Source: Candidatus Methanomethylicaceae archaeon (GTDB taxonomy: Archaea; Thermoproteota; Methanomethylicia; Methanomethylicales; Methanomethylicaceae). From it: a DNA stretch of 53,336 bases. Shown here piece after piece: positions 10,279-20,426 of the stretch (its first letter is position 1; the number at the start of each line of letters is the position of its first letter). Both the position numbers and the translations under genes were made by a program. The DNA lies in contig JANXER010000007.1 of assembly GCA_025057955.1 (NCBI GenBank), positions 1 to 53,336 of the forward strand, read 5' to 3'. A model generated the notes under the pieces. The model was not told where the DNA came from. It searched no databases and saw nothing but the letters and a program-made list of their open reading frames with translations.

Positions 10279-12426
10279 ATGAATGAAAGCTTAATACTTA
10301 GAGTGGCTGAAGCAAGATCACAGGATGTAGGAAGAGGTCTTGCAAGAATAAGTCGCCAAGTCATGTCTAAGCTGGGTTTAAGGCCCGGCGACTTCATATC
10401 AATTACAGGACAGAAGACTACTGTTGCTCGCGTTTGGCCTCTTTATGAAGATGAAGATGCAGAAATTATAAGAATTGATGGAATAATACGTCATAATGCT
10501 GGAACTTCAACAGGTGATGCTGTAAAGGTTTCTGCTATTGAGCTTAAGCCTGCTACTAAGCTTATTCTTGCACCTGCTGAGAAGATAATTTTTGGTTCTG
10601 ATTTCAATGATTATGTAAGGCATATGCTCAAGGATATTCCTGTTACAAAGGGAGATACCATACCCATACCAGTGCTTGGGGAAGCTTTGAGACTCATTGT
10701 GGTCTCAGTTCAACCCTCTCCTTCTGCATATGTAACAGGGGATACTGAGATATCCATAAAGGAGGAGCCAGTGAAAGAGTTGGAAGCAGCTATTCCTAGA
10801 GTCACTTACGAAGACATAGGTGATTTAGAAGATGCAAAAATAAAGATTAGAGAGATGATAGAGCTACCAATGAAACATCCTGAGCTATTTAAACACCTAG
10901 GAATTGAACCTCCTAAGGGGATATTACTCTATGGCCCTCCCGGCTGTGGAAAGACGCTATTAGCTAAGGCTGTTGCTACTGAATCTGGCGCAAACTTCCT
11001 TTCCATAAATGGGCCTGAAATTATGAGCAAATTCTATGGAGAATCAGAAAGTAGACTCAGAGAGATATTTAGTGAAGCTGAAAGATCAGCACCTAGCATA
11101 ATATTCATTGATGAAATAGACTCCATAGCTCCAAAGAGGGAGGAAGTAACTGGAGAGGTAGAGCGTCGTGTAGTAGCTCAGCTATTAACATTAATGGATG
11201 GGCTTAAGTCTAGAGGACAGGTAGTAGTTATAGCTGCTACAAATAGGCCAGATGCTGTAGATCCAGCACTTCGTAGACCAGGAAGATTTGATAGAGAAAT
11301 TGCTATATCCATGCCAGATAAAAAGGCTAGGGCTGAGATTCTACAAGTTCACTTGAGAAATATGCCCTTGGATAATGATGTCAATATTAATGAACTTGCA
11401 GAATTAACTCACGGTTATAGTGGTGCAGATCTTGCAGCATTAGCTAGAGAGGCTGCAATGAGGGCCTTGAGGAGATTCCTTCCAAAGATAGATTTAGAGA
11501 AAAAAACCATTCCCGCTAACATACTTAAGAATTTGAAAGTTGGTAGATGCGACTTCTTTGAGGCAATGAAGGATATAACTCCATCAGCTCTAAGGGAAAT
11601 CTATGTAGAAGTTCCAGAGGTACATTGGGATGACATAGGAGGATTGGAGGATGTTAAAAAACAATTGAAAGAAATGGCAGAGTGGCCAGTCAAACACCCT
11701 GAACTATTTGAACAGATGGGAATAACTCCTCCTAAGGGAATATTACTCTACGGCCCTCCTGGAACTGGAAAGACGCTATTAGCTAAGGCTGTTGCTACTG
11801 AATCTGGCGCAAACTTCATAAGTGTAAGAGGACCAGAAGTGCTAAGCAAATGGGTTGGCGAATCTGAGAAAGCAATTAGAGAAATCTTCAAAAAAGCAAG
11901 GCAAGCAGCGCCTTGTGTTATTTTCTTTGATGAAATAGACTCCATAGCTCCAGTAAGAGGTGGAAGATTTGACTCAGGTGTTACTGAAAGAATGGTGAAC
12001 CAACTTCTCTCTGAGATGGATGGTTTAATACCACTAAGAGGCGTTGTTGTAATAGCTGCTACAAATAGACCGGATATGCTGGATCCTGCCCTTTTGAGAC
12101 CAGGAAGATTCGATAGATTGGTCTATGTGCCCTTACCTGATAAGAAGGCTAGAGAGGAAATCTTCAAGGTTCATACAAGGAAAATGCCACTTGCAGAAGA
12201 TGTCAACTTTTCAGTTCTTTCAGAAAAAACTGAAGGTTATACTGGTGCTGATATTGAAGCCATATGTAGAGAAGCTGCTTTAAATGCCTTGAGGGAAGAG
12301 ATGAAGCCAAAGAAAGTAGAGATGAGACACTTTGAAGCAGCTCTTAAGATTATTCCTAGGAGTGTATCCTCTGAAGATATTAGAAGATACGAAGCTTTGA
12401 AAGAAACTTTAAAATTCTATCACTGA
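10279..12426 (+). CDS. cdc48: CDC48/VCP (VAT) AAA+ ATPase with two AAA domains
   Basis: LRVAEA..DVGRG N-domain; two [17 protein letters not shown] Walker A motifs; two RPGRFDR; C-terminal HbYX-like FYH. ATG 10279 follows a GGTGA RBS. Confidence 0.96.
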   Translation: MNESLILRVAEARSQDVGRGLARISRQVMSKLGLRPGDFISITGQKTTVARVWPLYEDEDAEIIRIDGIIRHNAGTSTGDAVKVSAIELKPATKLILAPAEKIIFGSDFNDYVRHMLKDIPVTKGDTIPIPVLGEALRLIVVSVQPSPSAYVTGDTEISIKEEPVKELEAAIPRVTYEDIGDLEDAKIKIREMIELPMKHPELFKHLGIEPPKGILLYGPPGCGKTLLAKAVATESGANFLSINGPEIMSKFYGESESRLREIFSEAERSAPSIIFIDEIDSIAPKREEVTGEVERRVVAQLLTLMDGLKSRGQVVVIAATNRPDAVDPALRRPGRFDREIAISMPDKKARAEILQVHLRNMPLDNDVNINELAELTHGYSGADLAALAREAAMRALRRFLPKIDLEKKTIPANILKNLKVGRCDFFEAMKDITPSALREIYVEVPEVHWDDIGGLEDVKKQLKEMAEWPVKHPELFEQMGITPPKGILLYGPPGTGKTLLAKAVATESGANFISVRGPEVLSKWVGESEKAIREIFKKARQAAPCVIFFDEIDSIAPVRGGRFDSGVTERMVNQLLSEMDGLIPLRGVVVIAATNRPDMLDPALLRPGRFDRLVYVPLPDKKAREEIFKVHTRKMPLAEDVNFSVLSEKTEGYTGADIEAICREAALNALREEMKPKKVEMRHFEAALKIIPRSVSSEDIRRYEALKETLKFYH
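10947..11817 (+). repeat. 52-bp exact direct repeat within cdc48 (10947-10998 and 11766-11817); a second 26-bp exact pair lies at 11108-11133 and 11927-11952
   Basis: tggaaagacgctattagctaaggctgttgctactgaatctggcgcaaacttc occurs in both AAA domains, and ttgatgaaatagactccatagctcca occurs twice; both pairs are 819 nt apart. Confidence 0.9.
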
Positions 12427-13964
12427 CGTTTATACATTCTATAAATTTTATTCAATCCCTCGAGCAATGCATTAACAGAGGTCATTACAATATCGCCTCC
12501 AACTGCTAATCCTCTCGCAATTCTTCCATTTTTATCCTCAAGTACAACTTCAACTGAGCAAAGTGAATCTGTTCCTCCTGAAATGGCCTCAAGCTTATAA
12601 TTCAAAAGCTTAACCTCCTCTCCTATAGCGCTCTGTATAGCTTTTGCAGCAGCATCCACTGGTCCAATTCCAACTCCTGCTGCAATCCTTCTCCCTTCTC
12701 CTAACGCAATTTGAACAGAGGCTGTTGGTGTAATTTTGTTTCCAGTTATTATCAAAGCTTCATCAAGCCTTACTATTTTCTCTGCCTCTGGGAGAGCCCC
12801 CATGACCTCTTCTACTATTGCAATTACATCTTCCTCTATGATTTTCTTTTTTCTTGCTGCTAGTTTCTTAACTTTATCTACAACCTCTTTTATTTTTTCA
12901 TCTGAAAGATTAAATCTCTCCTTTACAAATGATGCTACAGCATGTCTTCCTGTGTGTTTCCCCATGACTATTCTTCTAGTTTGTCCCACCATCTCTGGTC
13001 TAAGAGGCTCATAACTTTCAGCTTTTGCAAGCACTCCATGAACATGTATTCCAGCCTCATGTGCAAAAGCATTATCTCCAACTATTGGAAAATTCGGCAT
13101 TAGCTTTATCATACTATATTTTTCAACAAGTTTAGACGTCTCTTTTAACATACTTAATTTTATTCCTGTATTTACTCTATACATTGCAAAAAGGGCTGTT
13201 ATTGTTTGTTCTACACTAGCATTTCCAGCTCTTTCTCCTAACCCATTTACTGTTGTATGTACCTGTTCAGCTCCTGCTTTAACACCAGCTAATGTATTTG
13301 CTACAGCTAAACCAAAATCATTATGGCAATGTACTGAGATTGGTTTTTTCAAAACTTTCTTCAATTCATAAATTAAATTAAACATTGCTTCAGGTTCCAT
13401 CACTCCAACTGTATCTGGAACATTGTGAATGTCTGCACCACATTCTTCTACGCTTTTATAGAATTTTATCAATCTCTCTAAAGGACTTCTTGTAGCATCT
13501 TCGCATGAAAATTCGCATTCAAGGCCATGCATTTTAACATATTCAGTACATTTAATAGCTTGAGAAAGTGCCTCCTCTTCATTCATTCTTAGCTTATACT
13601 TTAGATGTATATCTGATGTTGCTATAAATATATGAACTCTATCCACATTAGCCTTAATACAAGCATTTATATCTTCAATCACACATCTAGCTAATCCACA
13701 TACCTTTGCTCTTAATCCAAGATCCTTCATTCTTTTTACTGCTTGTAATTCATCTTCAGAATTTATTGGAAATCCACCCTCTATGACATCTACTCCAAGT
13801 TCATCAAGCTTCTTCGCAATTTCCAATTTCTCTTCCAATGTAAAACATACACCTGGTGTTTGTTCACCATCCCTCAAGGTAGTATCAAAGACGTAAACTC
13901 TCCTAGGTAGATGGGCTCTTTCTCTTACTGGTTGTATAAAATCACTTACGAAAATCCCTTCCAT
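12420..13964 (-). CDS. 2-isopropylmalate synthase / (R)-citramalate synthase (LeuA/CimA family) with C-terminal regulatory domain
   Basis: [45 protein letters not shown] regulatory domain. Start moved to ATG 13964 because the track start overlaps the divergent gene. Confidence 0.9.
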   Translation of the reverse strand: MEGIFVSDFIQPVRERAHLPRRVYVFDTTLRDGEQTPGVCFTLEEKLEIAKKLDELGVDVIEGGFPINSEDELQAVKRMKDLGLRAKVCGLARCVIEDINACIKANVDRVHIFIATSDIHLKYKLRMNEEEALSQAIKCTEYVKMHGLECEFSCEDATRSPLERLIKFYKSVEECGADIHNVPDTVGVMEPEAMFNLIYELKKVLKKPISVHCHNDFGLAVANTLAGVKAGAEQVHTTVNGLGERAGNASVEQTITALFAMYRVNTGIKLSMLKETSKLVEKYSMIKLMPNFPIVGDNAFAHEAGIHVHGVLAKAESYEPLRPEMVGQTRRIVMGKHTGRHAVASFVKERFNLSDEKIKEVVDKVKKLAARKKKIIEEDVIAIVEEVMGALPEAEKIVRLDEALIITGNKITPTASVQIALGEGRRIAAGVGIGPVDAAAKAIQSAIGEEVKLLNYKLEAISGGTDSLCSVEVVLEDKNGRIARGLAVGGDIVMTSVNALLEGLNKIYRMYKRQ

Positions 13965-14022
13965 AACATTTCCCCAAGATTTATAAATTACCATCACCAA
14001 TATAATCATATTGGTGTAATTC

Positions 14023-14391
14023 ATGAAGAAAGAGTTAAGTGAAAAATTTAAAAAGAAAATGGGCTTTGTTCCAAGTATAATGGAATTAGCCACAGAATTA
14101 GATCCTAAATTAACCATGTTCTATGAATTCTGTGATTCAACTATTCAAGAAGATGGTGCTTTACCCTCAAAGATAAAAATGTTAATAATAATGGCCATGG
14201 GTGCACAACGTCATTGCAAGGAATGTGTAGTATCCGCTATGCGTGGAGCTTATAAAAAAGGAGCAACTATTGAGGAAATTCTAGAGACAATAAGATGTAT
14301 AGCAGTGGCTGGTGGTGCTCCTGCTCTCTCTGCTTGTAAGGATGCATTACAACTTCTAAAGGAAGGGAAACTCAAGGAAGAGGGTTGCTAG
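14023..14391 (+). CDS. Carboxymuconolactone decarboxylase/AhpD-family protein with CxxC
   Basis: GALPSKIKMLI, HCKECV, GATIEEILE, GGAPA. Confidence 0.85.
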   Translation: MKKELSEKFKKKMGFVPSIMELATELDPKLTMFYEFCDSTIQEDGALPSKIKMLIIMAMGAQRHCKECVVSAMRGAYKKGATIEEILETIRCIAVAGGAPALSACKDALQLLKEGKLKEEGC

Positions 14392-14397
14392 TGAATA

Positions 14398-15171
14398 ATG
14401 GTTGAAGGGCCTACAGCTAGAGCATATTCTATTAAAATTAGTAATGAATTCAAGGATGAAGTAATTTCTGAAATATTCACTAGATCTAAGAAAGTTTTAA
14501 TAGATATAAGAGAAATCATTGGTAGAAAATTTTCAGGAGCAACTTCTTTAGGGAAAAACATATTGCTTTTTTTTGAAGATATTGCCATAAGAATTCACTT
14601 AATGCTCTATGGAACAATTCACATCTATAGAAAAAATGATGAACTCATTAAACCAAAAGAAAGAGCTAGATTAATAATTATTGGAAATAATAAAAAATTA
14701 GTGGTTTTCAATGCACCAATCATTGAAATTAATAAGAAGGATTTTTTAATTGATAATTTAAGAAATACTCTAGGTCCTGATCCTTTAAATGAACAATGGG
14801 ATGAAGAGAAGGCTTTGAAAAATTTACTAAATTTTCCTAATGAAAAGATTGGAGTAATTCTTCTTAATCAATCAATTATAGCAGGGATTGGAAATATAAT
14901 TAGAAATGAAATTCTATTCAGAGTGGGTATAAATCCAGAGAGAAAGGTAAGTGAAATTTCTAAGGAAAAATTAAATAATATTGTGAAAATTTATTATGAA
15001 CTTAGTCATGAGTTTTTAGATTTAAAACTTAATAGCCGCAGCATAAGAGAAATATTAATGGTTTACAATAAATTTAATCAATCTTGTAAAGTTTGTGGTA
15101 ATAAAATAATATTCTATATTCAGCAGCCAATTAAGAGAAAAACCTTTGTATGTAGTAATTGCCAAAGATAA
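14398..15171 (+). CDS. Fpg/Nei-family DNA glycosylase/AP lyase (NEIL2/NEIL3-like motifs)
   Basis: N-terminal (M)VEGP, GKNILL, IHLMLYG, LGPDPL, H2TH LLNQSIIAGIGNIIRNEILF, zinc finger CKVC...CSNCQ. Confidence 0.9.
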   Translation: MVEGPTARAYSIKISNEFKDEVISEIFTRSKKVLIDIREIIGRKFSGATSLGKNILLFFEDIAIRIHLMLYGTIHIYRKNDELIKPKERARLIIIGNNKKLVVFNAPIIEINKKDFLIDNLRNTLGPDPLNEQWDEEKALKNLLNFPNEKIGVILLNQSIIAGIGNIIRNEILFRVGINPERKVSEISKEKLNNIVKIYYELSHEFLDLKLNSRSIREILMVYNKFNQSCKVCGNKIIFYIQQPIKRKTFVCSNCQR

Positions 15172-15173
15172 GA

Positions 15174-15740
15174 CTATTCGTAGAGTACTCCAAGATCTTT
15201 GAGCTTTTGATATATTTTGTTAACAGCAGTCTTCACTTCATCTTCATGTTTTGCTCCAGTACAGACCATTTTTCCAGAGGAGAAAATTAAAAGAACCACC
15301 TTTGGTTCACTCATTCTATATATTAAGCCCGGAAATTGCTCTGGCTCATACATCACATTATCAAGTAAATATGCTGCCTTCTCCAAGTTAACTTCAGCAT
15401 TTAGATTTGCAGAAGCTACTATATTCTGTATTTGTATTTCAGGCTCCCCTATAATTACTATATTCTTTTCCTTCAGATTCTTTATAATTTTGCTTATGGC
15501 ACTATGTACTTCTTTTTCAGATTTTGCTCCAGTACAGACCATTTTTCCAGAGGAGAAAATTAAAGTTGCAGTTCTAGGCTTTGATAGTCTATATATTAAG
15601 CCCGGAAATTGCTCTGGATTATACTCTACTCCAGGAACGTTTGCAGATATCACATTGAGATCTATCGTCTGGTTAATTGTTATAGATGCAACGACGTTTT
15701 CAATTTTAAATGAAGGTTTCAACACAGCAAATCTCTCCAA
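15174..15740 (-). CDS. tbp: TATA-box binding protein
   Basis: Two repeats: [39 protein letters not shown]. Confidence 0.98.
   Translation of the reverse strand: MERFAVLKPSFKIENVVASITINQTIDLNVISANVPGVEYNPEQFPGLIYRLSKPRTATLIFSSGKMVCTGAKSEKEVHSAISKIIKNLKEKNIVIIGEPEIQIQNIVASANLNAEVNLEKAAYLLDNVMYEPEQFPGLIYRMSEPKVVLLIFSSGKMVCTGAKHEDEVKTAVNKIYQKLKDLGVLYE
15249..15617. repeat. Exact nucleotide repeats between the two TBP half-domains (43 bp: 15249-15291 and 15522-15564; 30 bp: 15315-15344 and 15588-15617)
   Basis: ttttgctccagtacagaccatttttccagaggagaaaattaaa and tctatatattaagcccggaaattgctctgg each occur twice, 273 nt apart. Confidence 0.9.
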
Positions 15741-15767
15741 GATTAATTTCTAATAATTTTAAAAAAT

Positions 15768-16349
15768 TTAAATCTTTGTATTTTTCTCTCTTGGGATAAG
15801 TATTATCACTATAATAAAGAATATCAGCCCTATCATAATCAATGGATTTCTAAGCCATAGAAATGGATATCCTAAATAGGGCAAATACCAGACAAGCTTT
15901 CCAATAATCATGTCTTCAGATATCCATGATTTTGGATTATTTGGATTAAAATCTGGATAGAGATTTGCATCGCCCTTTGTTAATATATAATATTTACCAC
16001 CAATTTCCACTTTTTGAATAGCTCTATGAAGTATTGGTGGAGGATCATATATTGTAACTATAAATAAATCATAAATTTTCGTATTTGGGGATTTATAAAC
16101 CACAATGTCTCCTATGGGCCTTTCTCCAGCCAATATTTCATAGCCTTGAACCTTCTTTATGAATACTATGGAGCCCGTGGGAACGGTTGGCTCCATACTT
16201 CCAGATGCAACCACAGTAATTGGCATATTGGTACCAGAGATTGTTCTAAGTATTCCAATGGTTAATATGAAAAAAAGTAATATTATTAAAAACTTCTTAT
16301 TATTCTTTAATAGGCCCCAATCCAAATTTTTCAGCATTTTTATCAGCAA
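15768..16349 (-). CDS. Signal peptidase I, archaeal/ER (Sec11) type; start uncertain
   Basis: N-terminal TM, VVASGSMEP, GDIVVY, ILHR, TKGDAN, IIGK...PYLG, C-terminal TM. Confidence 0.9.
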   Translation of the reverse strand: MLIKMLKNLDWGLLKNNKKFLIILLFFILTIGILRTISGTNMPITVVASGSMEPTVPTGSIVFIKKVQGYEILAGERPIGDIVVYKSPNTKIYDLFIVTIYDPPPILHRAIQKVEIGGKYYILTKGDANLYPDFNPNNPKSWISEDMIIGKLVWYLPYLGYPFLWLRNPLIMIGLIFFIIVIILIPREKNTKI

Positions 16350-17211
16350 TTTCCTGAATTTTATTTATTTCATTTTCACTTATATGCTTAAATCTTCCTT
16401 GTAATTCTAAGTATTTTCTTACAGGTTCCCTTTTTGGTACTTGAACTGTTAATCTTGTTACTCCTCTATCGACTTCATATAATGGCCATAGTCCAGTTAA
16501 GACTGCTAATCTTCCTATTTCAATCCCTAAACTTGGATCAAATCTCCATCCAGTAGTACAAGGAGTTAATACATGAAGTAGCGAAGGCCCTTCTACATCA
16601 AGCCCCTTTCTCACTTTATTCATTAGATCTATTGGATATGATGGACATGCAGTTGCAGCATATGGTATCCCATGAGCTATGGCAATTCCTACTAAATCTT
16701 TCTTATGAGTTCTTTGTCCAATCGATCTAGCTCCTGGTGGTGATGTTGTTGTGGCTGCAGCATAAGGTGTAGCTGAGCTCCTCTGAATTCCAGTATTCAT
16801 ATAAGCCTCATTATCATAGCATATATATAATAAATCATGACCTCTTTCGAGCGCTCCACTTAATGCTTGAATACCAATATCAAAAGTTCCTCCATCTCCA
16901 CTAATTACCATTACATGAAAATCTTCATTACTCTTTCCTTTCTTTCTTAAAGCTTTAAGAGCACTTTCTATCCCTGCGGCAACTGCTGCAGAATTTTCAA
17001 ATCCTAAATGTATCCAAGGCACTCTCCATGCAGTTTGTGGAAAGTAAGATGTAGATACTTCAAGACAGCTTGTTGCTGTGACTACTACAACATTACCTCC
17101 AGAGGCCTTCAAAATTTGCCTTACAGCAGTTCCCACTGTACAACCTGCGCATAATCTATGACCAGGAGCTAAGTATTCATCCCTTGGCAAATCCTTTATT
17201 GTTTTAAACAT
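16300..17211 (-). CDS. porB: Pyruvate/2-oxoacid:ferredoxin oxidoreductase beta subunit
   Basis: GHRLCAGC, TPP motif GDGGTFDIG...DNEAYMNTGIQRS, PCTTGW. Confidence 0.93.
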   Translation of the reverse strand: MFKTIKDLPRDEYLAPGHRLCAGCTVGTAVRQILKASGGNVVVVTATSCLEVSTSYFPQTAWRVPWIHLGFENSAAVAAGIESALKALRKKGKSNEDFHVMVISGDGGTFDIGIQALSGALERGHDLLYICYDNEAYMNTGIQRSSATPYAAATTTSPPGARSIGQRTHKKDLVGIAIAHGIPYAATACPSYPIDLMNKVRKGLDVEGPSLLHVLTPCTTGWRFDPSLGIEIGRLAVLTGLWPLYEVDRGVTRLTVQVPKREPVRKYLELQGRFKHISENEINKIQEIADKNAEKFGLGPIKE

Positions 17212-17214
17212 TTT

Positions 17215-18381
17215 TCACTCCCTCAATCCTATATAAATGCAAGGTTTTCTCCTTCCTGATAATCCTACATCTTTTATTATTTTATACATTTGTTTGAAAT
17301 CATCAATTGTTATATCTCTACCTCCTAGCCCTCCCACAAAGCTTTGTACAGGTATTATTTTAGAAGAATCATAAAGGGTTGTTACGATTTCAGTGAAAAG
17401 TGGATGTCCTATTCCTCCCGGCGTTAATGCTCTATCTAGAACTCCTATGCTTTTCACGTCCTCAAACACTTCTATAATATCATTCTTTGGAAATGGACGA
17501 AAACATCTTATGGAAATTAGACCTACTTTTTCCCCCTCTTTTCTTAGACTATCCACAACTATTTTAGCTGTGCTACTAACTGCTCCCATTGTAATCAATG
17601 CATAATCAGCATCCTCCATCATATATGTGGAAATATTTCCATAAGTTCTTCCAAATAATTCTCCAAACTCTCTATTCACTTCATTTATATTTTTTCTACT
17701 TCTTTCAATAGCATCTATTATTTGATATCTCATTTCATAATAATATTCTGGTGGCCCAACAACACCTATAGTATAAGCTAATTTTGGAGAGAGCCTATTG
17801 AATAATGGCTTTGAAGGTATGAATTCTCTAACCAACTCCTCATCAGGCAATATTAATACCTCATTAATATGACTTAATATGAAGCCATCTAGATTTATCA
17901 TTACTGGTAACAATACCTCCTCAGCAATTTTAAATGCTTGAATTGTGGCATCAAAGGCCTCTTGTACTGAATTCACCCAAAATTGTATCCATCCTACATC
18001 CCTTTCAGCCATAGCATCAGAATGATCATTCCAAATGTTCAATGGATGAGAGAGCGCTCTATTAACATTTGCCATTACTATTGAAGTTCTAAGCGATGAT
18101 GCCATGAAAAGAACTTCATGCATATATGCAAGACCTTGTGAAGATGTTGCAGTGAATGTTCTTGCACCAGTTAATGATGAACCAATGCAAGCGCTTAGAG
18201 CAGAATGCTCTGATTCCACATTTATATATTCTGCATCCAATAATCCATCTGCAACAAACTCCGATAGTTTTTCTACAATTGGTGTTTGAGGGGTTATTGG
18301 ATATGCTGCTATTACATCAACATCTGCCATTTTTACAGCATATGCAACTGCATAATTTCCACTTAGGGCAACCCTCTTCAT
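17215..18381 (-). CDS. porA: Pyruvate/2-oxoacid:ferredoxin oxidoreductase alpha subunit
   Basis: AYPITPQT, VESEHSA, TATSSQGL, RCFRPFP, GLGGRD. Confidence 0.93.
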   Translation of the reverse strand: MKRVALSGNYAVAYAVKMADVDVIAAYPITPQTPIVEKLSEFVADGLLDAEYINVESEHSALSACIGSSLTGARTFTATSSQGLAYMHEVLFMASSLRTSIVMANVNRALSHPLNIWNDHSDAMAERDVGWIQFWVNSVQEAFDATIQAFKIAEEVLLPVMINLDGFILSHINEVLILPDEELVREFIPSKPLFNRLSPKLAYTIGVVGPPEYYYEMRYQIIDAIERSRKNINEVNREFGELFGRTYGNISTYMMEDADYALITMGAVSSTAKIVVDSLRKEGEKVGLISIRCFRPFPKNDIIEVFEDVKSIGVLDRALTPGGIGHPLFTEIVTTLYDSSKIIPVQSFVGGLGGRDITIDDFKQMYKIIKDVGLSGRRKPCIYIGLRE

Positions 18382-18656
18382 AATCCTTCCTCCTTAATCA
18401 TTGTTATAGCTTTCACATTACAACTTCTCTGACATATTCCACATCCTTTACAAAATGATAAATTGACTTCGTAAGATTCATCCTCATTTCTAACTATCGC
18501 TCCCTCGGGACAGAAAATCCAACATAATCCACATTTTGTACATTTATTTTTATCTAAGACAGGTCTGAAAACCCTCCATTGAGCAACATTGTATTCTATT
18601 GAATTACCTGGCTCAATTATCATTGCTCCTATGGGTAGCTCCTTCCAGCTCTTCAT
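18378..18656 (-). CDS. porD: 2-oxoacid:ferredoxin oxidoreductase delta subunit (2x[4Fe-4S])
   Basis: WRVFRP, CTKCGLCWIFCP, CKGCGICQRSC. Confidence 0.93.
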   Translation of the reverse strand: MKSWKELPIGAMIIEPGNSIEYNVAQWRVFRPVLDKNKCTKCGLCWIFCPEGAIVRNEDESYEVNLSFCKGCGICQRSCNVKAITMIKEEGL

Positions 18657-19219
18657 AATAATCCTCCTCTATCAAAAATTAATGTGCGCTCATATGCCTC
18701 TTTTACTGCATTAAAGTTCTTCTCTGCAAGCACTCCTTTGAATTTTTCCTTTAAAACATTTTCTATGGTTTCAATCTTAACTATTCTTGTAGCTCTTATC
18801 AGAGCTCCTAATATTGCAGTATTAGTTACCGGAACTCCTAATTTTTCTATTGCAATTCTAGTAGCATCTACTGTAGCTATTTTACTTGCATTTGGAAATA
18901 TATTCAATAGAACTTCTGGACTTGAAGATGTATTAACTACTGCTATACCGTTCTTCTTTAATCCCCTTCCAACTCCATTATCATTACAAAGGCTCTTATC
19001 TAGAACTACAACAATATCTGGCTCATAGATTTGTGTTCTTAATAGAATTTCATTATCATTAATTCTTGTAAATGCGAGTACTGGGGCTCCTCTTCTCTCT
19101 GGACCAAAGGCTGCAAATGCTTGTGCATACTTTCCTTCATTTACTACAGCTGTGGCTAGAATTTCTGCTGCTGTAACTACTCCCTGTCCTCCTCTTCCAT
19201 GCCATCTTATCTCCAACAT
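18653..19219 (-). CDS. porG: 2-oxoacid:ferredoxin oxidoreductase gamma subunit
   Basis: EIRWHGRGGQGVVTA, FGPERRGAPV, NTAILGA. Confidence 0.93.
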   Translation of the reverse strand: MLEIRWHGRGGQGVVTAAEILATAVVNEGKYAQAFAAFGPERRGAPVLAFTRINDNEILLRTQIYEPDIVVVLDKSLCNDNGVGRGLKKNGIAVVNTSSSPEVLLNIFPNASKIATVDATRIAIEKLGVPVTNTAILGALIRATRIVKIETIENVLKEKFKGVLAEKNFNAVKEAYERTLIFDRGGLL

Positions 19220-19317
19220 GACTGCTACACCATTAAAATAATTGTTATTTCTATAGTAATGTAATATTTAAAAATAGCTTTTTATTTAATGATAAATGCA
19301 AAATTTCAGGTGATGGT

Positions 19318-19731
19318 ATGGAAGAAATAATGAAATTAATAGGACAATACATAGATAATGGAAGAGGTTTTGAAGTAATCTTTGAAAAAGAAATCCCTAT
19401 CATCAATGAGCTTAAAGGAGTATCAAAGATAAAATTAAATGGAGAAGAAATTAAGGGTATAAGAAGAATAACAAAGAAGAAAATATTAGAAGATCATAAA
19501 GCCATCATTATTGAGAGTTCGAAAATTCTCATAGAAAATAAAATTCCATTTAAGGTTACAATTTTTCCAAAGGAGGTGATACTTAGATTTGATCTTGATC
19601 ACTATATACATCTATATCCTAATAAATGTATGATTATTGGCTTTAATGATATTAATGAACCTCCATTATACTTAATAAAAGATCAATTAAAGAAAATTAA
19701 GGAATTTAAAATATTAAAGCAGGTGAAGTAG
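19318..19731 (+). CDS. Hypothetical protein
   Basis: 137-aa ORF with AGGTGA RBS, composition like neighbouring genes, divergent from porG. Confidence 0.65.
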   Translation: MEEIMKLIGQYIDNGRGFEVIFEKEIPIINELKGVSKIKLNGEEIKGIRRITKKKILEDHKAIIIESSKILIENKIPFKVTIFPKEVILRFDLDHYIHLYPNKCMIIGFNDINEPPLYLIKDQLKKIKEFKILKQVK

Positions 19732-19748
19732 AAAGTGGGTGAAGTAGC

Positions 19749-19922
19749 ATGAATAAAATGATTATTATGTTTTGTCTCTCTTTAATTTTAATTTTCTCTC
19801 CCACCTTCATCTATTATGCTTTAAAAGATTCTTCAAGCAATATCATTCTAATATCTATAATACCTCTCATACTAGGTATTGTTATTTCCTTAATTCTAGA
19901 GAGATTAAAACTTCTCAAATAG
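19749..19922 (+). CDS. Small two-TM membrane protein (57 aa, absent from the ORF track)
   Basis: Manual translation MNKMIIMFCLSLILIFSPTFIYYALKDSSSNIILISIIPLILGIVISLILERLKLLK*; GGGTGA RBS upstream; fills the gap up to the convergent gene ending at 19926. Confidence 0.65.
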   Translation: MNKMIIMFCLSLILIFSPTFIYYALKDSSSNIILISIIPLILGIVISLILERLKLLK

Positions 19923-19925
19923 CAT

Positions 19926-20426
19926 TTATCCATACAGCTTAGTTATCTTTTTATAATCCTCCAAAGTCTTCTTAATTCTTTTTACATCCTTTTCATTAAT
20001 CTCTCTTACAATCTTTGCTGGAATTCCCATTATCACACTATTGCTTGGTATCTTCTTTTCCTCTGGCACAAGCGCTCCTGCTGCTACTATACAATTCTCT
20101 CCTATTTCTGCACCACTTAGAATAATCGCTCCTATTCCAATTAATGAATTATTCCCTATTTTACAACCATGTATAACACATCTATGTGCTATTATACATT
20201 CATCCCCTATAACCACTGGAAAATCATAATCCGTATGTAAAATAGCACCATCCTGTATGCTGACATTTCTGCCAATTGTAATTCTTTCTATATCTCCCCT
20301 AAGAACAGCAAATGGCCATATGTTGGTTCCTCCTCCAATAATTACATCCCCTATTACTAATGCCATCTCATGGATATATGCTGATGGATCGATTATAGGC
20401 TTTTTTCCATTCAATTCCTTAATCAC
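19926..20426 (-). CDS. Gamma-carbonic anhydrase family (YrdA/CaiE-like hexapeptide-repeat) protein
   Basis: IGDV.IG, LRGD, IQDGAILH, AHRCVIHGC (three His ligands), G.PAK. Confidence 0.9.
   Translation of the reverse strand: MIKELNGKKPIIDPSAYIHEMALVIGDVIIGGGTNIWPFAVLRGDIERITIGRNVSIQDGAILHTDYDFPVVIGDECIIAHRCVIHGCKIGNNSLIGIGAIILSGAEIGENCIVAAGALVPEEKKIPSNSVIMGIPAKIVREINEKDVKRIKKTLEDYKKITKLYG

Noticed and set aside
12420-13964. Homocitrate synthase AksA for coenzyme B synthesis
   Set aside because: The protein carries the C-terminal LeuA-type regulatory domain that AksA lacks; LeuA versus CimA cannot be resolved by eye.
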